Shown here: positions 27,170 through 36,669 of the stretch, in pieces
How the letters are laid out: each line of letters begins with the position of its first letter
How positions within the stretch are numbered: the stretch's first letter is position 1
From: Dicyema japonicum
Lineage: Eukaryota > Animalia > Dicyemida
Direction of reading: 5' to 3'
DNA: 64,000 nt
NCBI GenBank assembly: GCA_011109175.1
Contig: RDEW01000025.1
Span: forward strand, 341,990-405,989
Position numbers and translations under genes: made by a program
The notes under the pieces: model-generated
What the model was told of the DNA's origin: nothing
The model's database searches: none
Seen by the model: the letters and a program-made list of their open reading frames with translations, nothing else

Positions 27170-27440
27170 CCAATGACTAACTATGGTATGTTTATCCACC
27201 ATATTGATGAAAGACCTATTAACGGGGGGGATTTAAGATTTTTCCGGAATAAAAAAAATCTTTGTTACAAAGAGGGAATGAAGACCCGGTCTTTATTTTG
27301 ATAATGCCCGTATTCATCAATATACGGGTATTACAGAATTGATTGAAACATCAAACATCCGTGTTTTATATTTACCCTACTCATCATTTCTCAACCTTTT
27401 TGAGAATGTATTCAGCACGTGGAAAAATCATGTTTCCAGA
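27170..27440 (+). mobile_element. IS630-Tc1 (DDE_3) transposase remnant
   Basis: PVFILDNARIHQ...IRVLYLP-YSSFLNLFENVFSTWKNHV matches DNARIH...LPPYSPxLNPIE. Confidence 0.75.
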
Positions 27441-27623
27441 GGAGGGTGAGAATGAGAAAAATTTATTGACTCTAAAAAATTCGAATGTATCACCCAAAAG
27501 GATTTTTCTGGGATTTTCAGGTGTCCACCATAATCAAAATTTTTGCATTCTCAACACCAGACTGAGTTTACGAGTAGGCAACATTCGGAAAGTTGTAGAG
27601 TGCAATTTCAGATTGGTGAACTA

Positions 27624-27786
27624 ATGCTGCCTTTGTTTATTATTTTGTCAATTTTAAAGATTGAAAGTAAATTCTATTTCAAGTGTAGATTGTCAAGGAA
27701 CTGTAAAATACTGTGAAAATGTAAACTGTGAAGTTGAGTCGCGCCTTAGAAACTCTTTCTGTGAGAAGACGTGTAATTTATGCTAA
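27624..27786 (+). CDS. ShK-like secreted peptide, copy 1 (single domain)
   Basis: Signal-like MLPLFIILSILKIE, 22-nt intron, then CQGTVKYCENVNCEVESRLRNSFCEKTCNLC* (6 Cys, C-terminal CxxxCxxC). Confidence 0.7.
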
Positions 27787-28176
27787 TTGGATCTATGAGT
27801 CCTACAGTGCTCGGATCTTCCTCAGGTGTCTCTCGTTATAGAATGATGCAAGCATGCTGCCATATGGTATAGGATGGTTAGGTTCTCTTGAAGAGTTTCA
27901 TCATCCTTTTCTCTTCGATCTTTTTAATCCGAGTTACGAGGAATTCATCATATGCCTCTAGAGATCGGTCCAATCTTATCTGAAGGAGATCTTTTGGTAG
28001 GCCTTCTCGACTTTTTATCGTCTTGTAGACCAACTACATATTTTTGGAATACACAAGTGGAACACGTGTGTATTCGTCAAAGTTTCAATCCCTGTTACCG
28101 CCATCGCTAATAAAACGTATATTCAATTAATCGATTCTGTGAATATAAATATGTGGTAACGCAGATTTGTGTACTA

Positions 28177-28342
28177 ATGTTGCCTCTGTTTTTATTTTGT
28201 CGATTTTAAAAATTGAAAGTAAATTTTATTTCAAGTGTAGATTGTCAAGATCTAGGATCTGTAAAGTACTGTGAAAATGTGGACTGTGAAGTTGAGTCGC
28301 GCTTAGAACTCTTTCTGTGAGAAGACGTGTAATTTATGTGCC
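28177..28342 (+). pseudogene. ShK-like peptide, copy 2 (frameshifted)
   Basis: Paralog of copy 1 with a frameshift in the signal peptide and another in the ShK domain. Confidence 0.7.
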
Positions 28343-29071
28343 AGTAAAACAACATTTAGGCAGAAGCTAAATTTCACTAATTCTGACATTTTCTAATATT
28401 ATTACAAATCAGCTAATAGATTTAATACTATCTCAGCTAAACAAACGTCTTAATCTGAAGTCATCACGGAAAAGAGAGGACAGTCGATTGTCTCATCGAA
28501 AATTACAACAGTGTCGTGAATCGGTGGGAGAATCTAAATACGTGTCTAAACTCCAGAGGGAGTTAATGTACTATTTTGTCCATAGATACGATAAATGCAA
28601 GTAGCTTTCGTACACGTGACCTTATCAATGCACCAATCAAGTAGCTTAATCACGTGGATTATCCACGTCAAAACGATTTGGTAGTACGTTAGGAAATGTT
28701 AAAGAGGGGATATAATTGTGATAATGGATCTATGAGTCCTACAGTAGCCTGGATCCTCTTAGGGGTCCCTTGTGATAGAATGATTCAAACATGCTGCCAA
28801 ATGGTATAGGGGTCCATGGTTAGGCTCCCTTGAAGAGTTTCATCATCCTTTTCTTCTCGATCTTTTTAATTGGAGTTACGAGGAATTAATCATATGCCTC
28901 AAGAGATCGGTCCAATCTCTTCTGAAGGGAGATCTTTGGTAGGCCTTCTGACTTCTTTATCGTCCGTTGTAGACCAACCACATATTTTTGGCATACACAC
29001 GTGGAACACGTCTTTTCGTCAGAGTTAATCCTGTTGCCGCCATCGCTAATAATCGATTCTGTGAATATAAA

Positions 29072-29397
29072 ATGTCGGTACCGCAGATTTGTGTACTAAT
29101 GTTGCTTCTGTTTATTATTTTGTCGATTTTAAAAATTAAAAGTAAATTTTATTTCCGAGTGTAGACTGCGAAGATCAACAAAATGGAATGTATTGTGCAA
29201 ACGTGGACTGTGAAGTTGATTCGTTTATTAGAAACACTTACTGTAAAAAGACGTGTAATTTATGTGGGAGTAACTAATATTTAAATGTTTAAGAATGTGA
29301 AAACCTCATTACAAATTGTCCGGTAGTATCCGAATGTAATGATTTACTGAAGAATTTGTGTCCCAAAACCTGTGGGGTTTGTGAGGAAGATATTTAA
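29072..29397 (+). CDS. ShK-like secreted peptide, copy 3 (two domains, intact)
   Basis: Introns of 23 and 24 nt. Mature CEDQQNGMYCANVDCEVDSFIRNTYCKKTCNLCGKCENLITNCPVVSECNDLLKNLCPKTCGVCEEDI*. The downstream ATG at 29099 may be the real start. Confidence 0.85.
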
Positions 29398-30141
29398 TTT
29401 CACTAATTCTGACAGTTTTAACATTTTAAAAATCTAGCGTAGGATATCAATCTCAGTTTACAAGCATCGCTAATCTGACGTCATCACGGATAAGAGAAGA
29501 CAGTCAAGTGTTTGTCGAAAATTAGATCACGTGGGCTGGCAATGCTCTGGTAATCCGAGAATTAATATGAAACAATAAAAGCTCTCCAAATCAACGGGGT
29601 ATCCTTACGATTGACATGTGACAGTTCCACAAGTTGGGTTGAAGCAAAGATGGAATCTCCATAGGAGACCTTAATCCCGTCCTAGTGGTCAACCACCATA
29701 CATTCAAGAGTTCTCTCCAATACGCCCGATTGTAAGTCTTCGTAGCTTCTCAGATTAATAGCCTATTCATATAATTCTGGAAGCTAATGAGACAACATCA
29801 TCACAGATTATAAATAGCGAAATAATCTTTACTTTGTAGTTGCATCTCTGCGAGTGATTAGTCACATTAGCATAAATCAGCGTTGGTCATCACCAGAATG
29901 GTAATAAATGAGTATAAATGCAACTAATCGATTCTGTGCCAAGTATGTGGTAGGTCGAGTCACGACTAAGAAAGACTACAAATTTACCACACGTGGAATA
30001 ACAAGTTATCTGGCTCAGCTGTAATTGGCGGGGTAAATAAAAGTGCGGTTACAGTCCTGAAGAAGTTAAATGTGCTATCATCTCCATTGACAAGATTGAA
30101 CATACGGAGTGTTCGTGACCTCAACACTGTGTATTCTCACA

Positions 30142-30276
30142 AAATATATTATTATAGTACAAGTGACACCAGGATCGAGTGTACCTACAGATTGTACTAT
30201 GACCTAAGTAAATCTATTTTTATAGTACAAATGACCTTACGATAGTGTACAACTACATTTTGTACAATGACCTTAA
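30142..30276 (+). repeat. 68-bp minisatellite, 2 units, upstream of ShK copy 4
   Basis: Same unit as 31754-32360. Confidence 0.85.
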
Positions 30277-30352
30277 AATTGTATATTGTATGACCCTCGA
30301 TTAATTGTCTCTCTATTTTAATAAAAAATAATCGATTGTCGTGAATATAAAT

Positions 30353-30675
30353 ATGTCGGTAGTGCAGTATCTGATGTGTGAACTAATGTTACCTTTGTTA
30401 TTTATTTTGTCGATTTTGAGGATTGAAAGTAAAATTTATTTCCACGTGTAGACTGTGAAGATCAAAAAAATGGAAAGTATTGTTCAAATGTGGACTGTGA
30501 TGTTGACTCGCTTATTGCAAACTATTTATGCAAGTAAACGTGTAATTTCTGTGGCCGTAACTAATATTTAAATATTTAAGAATGTTTAAACCACGATGCG
30601 AATTGTCAGAACATTAATTCTGAGTGTGATACCTTTTTGAAAGCGTTGTGTCCCAAAATGTGTGGCCGTTGCTAA
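30353..30675 (+). pseudogene. ShK-like peptide, copy 4 (nonsense codon)
   Basis: Two-domain paralog with TAA at 30535-30537 inside the CKxTC motif. Confidence 0.8.
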
Positions 30676-30946
30676 AAATAAATTTAACTAATTCTAACAT
30701 TTTCTCATATTACTAAAAACTAGTGAGGGTTATCTATTCCAGCTCTACAAGCATCGTCAATCTGAAATTCTATGGTAGGAAATTACACCAATTTACCAAA
30801 CGTGGACTAACACGTTATCTCCCAACTAGATTTGGCGGGAAAATAAAAGAGCGGTTAAAGTCCTGAAAAGTTAAATGTGCTATGATCACCATTGACAAGA
30901 TTGAACATTCGAAGTGTTCGTGACCTCATCACTGTGTATACTCACA

Positions 30947-31082
30947 AAATCTATTTTTATAGTACAAGTAACATCAGGATTGAGTGTATTTATAGTTTGT
31001 ACAATGACACTGTGTAAATCTATATTTATAGTACAAGTGACACCAGAATTGAGTGTTCCTACAGTTTGTACAATTACCTTAG
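30947..31082 (+). repeat. 68-bp minisatellite, 2 units, upstream of ShK copy 5
   Basis: Same unit as 31754-32360. Confidence 0.85.
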
Positions 31083-31159
31083 GATTGTATATTGTATGAC
31101 CCTCGATTAATTGTATCTTTATTTTAATAAAAAAATAATCGATTGTCGTGAATTTAAAT

Positions 31160-31480
31160 ATGTCGGTAGTGCAGTATCTGATGTGTGAACTAATGTTTCC
31201 TTTATTTATTATTTTATCGATTTTGAGGATTGAAAGTAAAATTTATTTCAACGATAGACTGTGAAGATCACAAAAATGGAAAATATTGTTCAAATGTGGA
31301 CTGTGGAGTTGACTCGCTTATTGCAAACAATTTATGCAAAAGACGTGTAATTTCTGTGGCCGTAACTAATATTTAAATATTTAAGAATGTTTAAACCACG
31401 ATGCGAATTGTCAGAACATTAATTCTGAGTGTGATACCTTTTTGAATGCGTTGTGTCCCAAAATGTGTGGCCGTTGCTAA
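31160..31480 (+). pseudogene. ShK-like peptide, copy 5 (1-nt deletion; could be a sequencing error)
   Basis: Two-domain paralog. TGCAAAAGACG is one base short of the paralogous TGTAAAAAGACG/TGCAGGAAGACG, and the deletion lies in an A-run. Confidence 0.65.
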
Positions 31481-31753
31481 AAATAAATTTAACTAATTCT
31501 AACATTTTCTCATATTACTAAAAACTAGTGAAGGTTATCTATTCCAGCTCTACAAGCATCGTCAATCTGAAGTTCTATGGTAGGAAATTACACCAATTTA
31601 CCACACGTGGACTAACACGTTATCTCCCCAACTAGATTTGGCGGGAAAATAAAAGTGCGGTTAAAGTCCTGAAAAAGTTAAATGTGCTATCATCTCCATT
31701 GACAAGATTGAACATTCGAAGTGTTCGTGACCTCATCACTGTGTATACTCACA

Positions 31754-32360
31754 AAATCTATTTTTATAGTACAAGTGACACCAGGATTGAGTGTACCTAC
31801 AGTTTGTACAATGACCTTAGTAAATCTATTTTTATAGTACAAGTGACACCAGGATTGAGTGTACCTACAGTTTGTACAATGACCTTAGTAAATCTATTTT
31901 ATAGTACAAGTGACACCAGGATTGAGTGTACCTACAGTTTGTACAATGACCTTAGTAAATCTATTTTATAGTGCAAGTGACACCAGGATTGAGTGTACCT
32001 ACAGTTTGTACAATGACCTTAGTAAGTCTATTTTTATAGTACAGTGACCCCAGGATAGTGTATAGCTACAGTTTGTACAATAACCTTAGTAAATCTATTA
32101 TTATAGTACAAGTGACACCAGGATAGTGTATAGCTACAGTTTGTACAATGACCTTAGTAAATCTATTATTATAGTACAAGTGACACCAGGATTGAGTGTA
32201 CCTACAGTTTGTACAATGACCTTAGTAAGTCTATTTTTATAGTACAGTGACACCAGGATTGTGTGTACCTACAGTTTGTACAATGACCTTATAAATCTAT
32301 TTTTTATAGTAGAAGTGACCTTAGGATAGTGTACACCTACAGTTTGTATAATGACTTTAG
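31754..32360 (+). repeat. 68-bp tandem minisatellite, 9 units
   Basis: Unit AAATCTATTTTTATAGTACAAGTGACACCAGGATTGAGTGTACCTACAGTTTGTACAATGACCTTAGT. Starts at about 31754, 31822, 31890, 31957, 32024, 32091, 32159, 32227 and 32293. Confidence 0.95.
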
Positions 32361-32430
32361 AATTGTATATTGTATGACTATCGATTAATTGTCTCTTTAT
32401 TTTAATAAAAAAATAATCGATTCTCGTGAA

Positions 32431-32437
32431 TATAAAT
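32431..32437 (+). promoter_or_regulatory. TATA-like box of ShK copy 6, preceded by two ATCGAT motifs
   Basis: TATAAAT about 25-35 nt before the in-frame ATGs. The AATCGATT..GTGAATATAAA block is conserved upstream of copies 2-6. Confidence 0.45.
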
Positions 32438-32459
32438 ATGTCGGTAGTGCAGATATCTG

Positions 32460-32762
32460 ATGTGTGAACTAATGTTACCTTTGTTATTTATTTTTTCGAT
32501 TTTGAGGATTGAAAGTAAATTTTATTTCCAATGCGTAGACTGTGAAGATGAAAAAAATGGACAATATTGTTCAAATGTGGACTGTGGAATTGACTCGTTT
32601 ATTGCAAACTATTTATGCAGGAAGACGTGTAATTTCTGTGGCCGTAACAAATATTTAAATATTTAAGAATGCTTAAACCACGATGCGAATTGTGAGAACA
32701 TTATTTCTGAGTGTGATTCCTATTTGAATAAGTTGTGTCCCAAAAAGTGTGGCCGTTGCTAA
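32460..32762 (+). CDS. ShK-like secreted peptide, copy 6 (two domains, intact)
   Basis: Introns at 32515-32538 and 32644-32667. Mature CEDEKNGQYCSNVDCGIDSFIANYLCRKTCNFCGQCLNHDANCENIISECDSYLNKLCPKKCGRC*. Confidence 0.88.
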
Positions 32763-33369
32763 AAAAATAAATTTTACTAATTCTAACATTTTCTAATATT
32801 ATTAAACACTAGTGAGAGGTTATCTATTCCAGCTCTACAAGCATCGTCAATCTGAAGTTCTACGGTAGGAAAATCCACCAATTTACCACACGTGGACTAA
32901 CACGTTATCTCGCCCAGCTTTCTATCCCCTGCGGTGGACTTTATGTCATTCACTACCTCTTTTGGAGAGAACACTTAGTAGTGGTCCCCGAGTTAGAAAA
33001 GATCGGGGTGTCGATAATTTAAAATAAAGGGTAAATGATTTTTCGAATCAAATCGAGTTCGGGACCATAGTTAAAGAGGTCGACATTTAACTTTACAAAA
33101 TTAAGTATACTGAGGTCAAATCATGGTTCGAGACTGGTCCTCGATTAAAGAGGTCGAAACATGATAGTTCTAGGCTGTTTTCATCACAGGTAGACCACGT
33201 GAAAACCAAAGCTACATAAAAAATTAGACATTGGACTTTTTACCGTGCCATTCTGCCTCCTCGATTCCAATATGAAGGTCACTTCCGGATCACGTAGAGT
33301 GATCTCTAAGAGCGTCCGCTTGTGTGTAACATTTAAGTGAGCCAAATTTTATTTTTTATGTAACCCCAA

Positions 33370-33620
33370 AAGCACCAGAAAAGATAGGTCAAAACTAACT
33401 AATTAGGTGATCCCAGTTCCTTGCAGAAACGTAGAAACCCTGGCCATTTTTTAACGTTGCCTCATCAGAAACGAGGTCGCCAATGGGGATGTCCGTGTGG
33501 TGCATAATTCTACGCCTGAGGGAGTTCAAACGGTCCACTCTCGAAGGGGGAATCGCAAACCTCCAGGCGGAGTGAGCCAAATTCAACCAGATGGAAGATG
33601 TCAACTAGATAAATTTGAAA
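33370..33620 (-). mobile_element. Jockey/I-like LINE 3' end
   Basis: AIPPSRVDRLNSL followed by GGAACTGGGATCACCTAA, as at 13340. Confidence 0.55.
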
Positions 33621-33952
33621 GTTTCACCCATATCTGCACACCGTGAGGAACTTGGTACCCCATAAATGAAGTCGAAGGCTATTTAGATATTTCCTAAAGG
33701 CTGAGACTGTCAGGAACAAGGCAGGATGTTCCTCAAATAAAATGTGATCCTGCCAACTCTGGGAAGTTGATTTGAGTAATAGTTCGAGAGTAGACCCCCC
33801 ATGAGGTTCGTGTGAGTCCCTGTAAACAATCTGGTTCCGTTGTGAAGTATCACCAATAACGGCAAGCCGGGAAGCACCATAAATGCGTAGAATTTCAGAA
33901 GGAATGGACGTCAGAAATTTACAGAATTTAAAAAAAGTTTATTAAACAAAAA

Positions 33953-34310
33953 TTATTTGTATTTTCTGTGCGATTTTGAGTGCCGGTGCTTCTCCTTTCG
34001 TTTCTTCTCTCTAGAAAATTCCTGATGAAGCAAACTTTTTTAGTTTTTTCCTGATGGCGTCATCGGTGGCAATTTTTCTTAACTCGCCTGGGAGATTATA
34101 TATTTATTTACTCATTCTATCTGGCGGTAAGTATGATAGGAAGTCCTCTGAACCAGAACTCGTGCTGTCGATAATGTCGACTTTGGTTTTATTAATATTA
34201 ATGTAATTCGACAATTGGTATGAAAAATGGCCAGAATATCCACATTTACTGCATAATTCGTTTCCGCCAAACGGGTTTACTAAAATTAAAAAATATGGCT
34301 CACATGACAT
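33953..34310 (-). CDS. SREK1IP1: SREK1-interacting protein 1-like (zinc knuckle, Lys/Arg-rich tail)
   Basis: CSKCGYSGHFSYQLSNYI...DIIDSTSSGSED matches CKKCGYPGHLTFECRNFL...DVSSTSSEDS. Three 24-25 nt introns give the tail EKKRKEKHRHSKSHRKYK*. Confidence 0.8.
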
Positions 34311-34846
34311 TAAATGCAGCAATAATAATTCAAATTTTTTATTTTAAAAATAATTAACATAATATCTAATAATTTTTATTTAAGTCAACGATTTTACTTC
34401 TAGAGTCGTAAAAAAGTACCAAGCATAGAATTAGAGTTTCTCTTAATCCTATATTCCTTATTCTAGATTAGCCACTGTTTCACCCTTACATCTTCCTATC
34501 ACGTTCTTGGGTAACAAATTTAAGGTCAAGATTTAATTATGATCGACTATCATAAGAACTAACATAATGCCGAATATTCCTTTTTTAAATCTCTGTATAA
34601 AGCCGATAGTCCGATCAAAATGAGATACAGTTCGATCAAAATGAGATACACTGTGTTTTGTTTAATTCTGATATGAATTCTGTACAGTGGATGTAAGTAG
34701 ACACGTGCGTCAAGTAATAAAATATTTAGGCATATTAATTACTGATGTTTTGAAATGTGACACGTGTTCGAAATTATGAGCCCATTGTTTGTCTGATTGA
34801 TTTTTAGCGGCTTTGAATATATAAGCCACAAGAATATTCAAAATCG

Positions 34847-35149
34847 ATGAGAATCACTATTTTACTCATATTTTCGTTGTGTCTACAAAAATGTCAAGAT
34901 TTTGAGTCCTACTGCAAAATTGAGGCCAAAAGGGGGAAGTGTTCATATTTCGACGTTATCGGGAGAAAAATGCGGGAGATTTGCAAGGAATCATGTGGAA
35001 TGTGTCGAACCAGTAAGATGGTGAAACCTTGCGTGGATCTGTCAACTTTTTGCAAAGAAATTAAAAATGAGTGCAAGTTTGATGGTTTTCAGGAGTTTAT
35101 TAACAAAAATTGTCGGAAAACCTGCAAATTGTGTGAAATGTCGTCTTAA
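34847..35149 (+). CDS. Intronless secreted protein with two ShKT domains
   Basis: Signal peptide, then CQDFESYC...C...CKESCGMC and CVDLSTFC...C...CRKTCKLC. TATATAAG lies about 25 nt upstream. Confidence 0.9.
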   Translation: MRITILLIFSLCLQKCQDFESYCKIEAKRGKCSYFDVIGRKMREICKESCGMCRTSKMVKPCVDLSTFCKEIKNECKFDGFQEFINKNCRKTCKLCEMSS

Positions 35150-35244
35150 TTATTGGCAGATGTTTTTAATTATGCAAAAATTAGCGTATTTATATTTAAT
35201 GTAATTTATTGACACAATACTGGTTACTGTCGGCACTATGGAGT

Positions 35245-35400
35245 AGACCAGGTAGCGTAGTGCCTGGTGTTGTCCCCCGTGTCACATTGAGCTGTGGGTT
35301 CGATCCCAAGGATTGCCTCTCAGCTCTTTGTCAGCCTAAGAGACGTAATTGGATCCACCTAACTTAGAAGACACCAATGCTTGGCTGACAAAGATCTTCC
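35245..35400 (+). mobile_element. tRNA-derived SINE-like element
   Basis: A-box TAGCGTAGTG (35253-35262) and B-box GGTTCGATCCC (35297-35307) at tRNA-like spacing, with no clean cloverleaf. Followed by the GGATCCACC repeat body. Confidence 0.5.
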
Positions 35401-35484
35401 TCTTGCTTGCTCTAGTAGAGAGGTTACCATAATAGCGGATACTAGTAAAGGATACGTTTATTCAAGGGGGAAAATAAATAAACA

Positions 35485-35700
35485 CCGTTTTTTCCCGTCA
35501 AATAATACTCGATGCTGGGGGAGGATATGTCCCTCAGACTGGGGGAGACTGGATAAACAGCGTCTTTCCCATCCCATCAAATAATTCTCGATGCTGGGGG
35601 AGGATACGTCCCGCTCAGACTGGGAGAGACTGGATAAACAGCGTCTTTCCGTCAACTGGAAGGAGACTCAGACTTGGGGAAACTGGATAAACAGCATCTT
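35485..35700 (+). repeat. ~83-bp tandem repeat, about 2.5 units
   Basis: Repeated CGATGCTGGGGGAGGATA..TCC..TCAGACTGGG.GAGACTGGATAAACAGCGTCTTT. Confidence 0.8.
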
Positions 35701-36045
35701 TTCCTAGTAAATTTTGAGGATCACGTGAGTAATATGAACTGATGATTCACAACCACCATGAGTGCAGCATTTTTGCAAATGTGGGAAAGACTCCAAATCT
35801 ACCAGTGCTCTGAAAAATGAGGACTTTAGATGTCCAGTGTTCTGAAAAATGAAGGAGTTTAGTGTGGCTCAAGTATACGGTTCTGATCTTAAGAATTCTC
35901 ACTGCAGCAGTGATTTCACCTTCAGAGAAAAGAAGATACTAGAAAATATGTCTAACGATTCAGGACATCCGTGATTCAGTGCTTCTAAAAGTTTAGATAA
36001 ATTTTGTAAAATTAAAAATAATAGATATTAAAAAATATTTCTGCC

Positions 36046-36669
36046 ACGACTATGTGTGGAAGCATAACGAGGTAGTAAGAAATCTTCATCTTCTACTATG
36101 CAATAAGTATGGCATTCGCCACACCAGAAAGTTGCGGACTCATAAGGTGCAATCTGTAGTAGAAAACACCAGGGTCCAAATTGAGGTAGACAGTGTTATC
36201 CGTACCTCGGTGCTAGTCAAGCACAATAAACCGGACATTGTGGTACACGATAAGGAGTCTGGGCAAGTCCTTAGCATAGAGGTTGGCATCACGTCTCAAG
36301 ACCGTTTGCAGACTTTGGAGGTGGAGAAAAAAAGGAAGTATGACTTTCTTGCAAACGAGATGGGGCAGGATGCTTGGTTGCAAGGTCCTCGTTATTCCTA
36401 TAGTAATGACATGGGAAGGAATTGCAACAAAGTACCACAAGGGTTATCTGAAGCAGTTGGGGGTAGATAGGAAGCTCCAGGCCTATCTAAAGTCCACTGT
36501 GCTAAAGCGGACCCTAGAGAGCCTGACACTGGAGTATAGGAGGCAGAGCCCTGAGATGCCATATGGGCAGAGGGTTCAATTGGAAAAGGCGCTCTCGGAG
36601 TTGTTTCAGCAACCAGAATCGAACCTGCCTGAGGAGGCTGGCGAACAGGCAGGCGAGGAAGGTTGTTGA
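36046..36669 (+). mobile_element. R4/Dong-clade non-LTR retrotransposon 3' fragment (RLE domain)
   Basis: KHNEVVRNLHLLLCNKYG, HNKPDIVVHDK, IEVGIT, EKKRKYDFLANE and IPIVMTWEG. One frameshift in a G-run near 36362. Confidence 0.85.

Noticed and set aside
31754-32360. 68-bp array as a CRISPR array
   Set aside because: Whole units repeat with no unique spacers, there are no cas genes, and the context is eukaryotic.
35245-35320. Functional tRNA gene
   Set aside because: A and B boxes are present but there are no convincing acceptor, D or anticodon stems, and it is followed by a repeat body. Treated as a SINE head.
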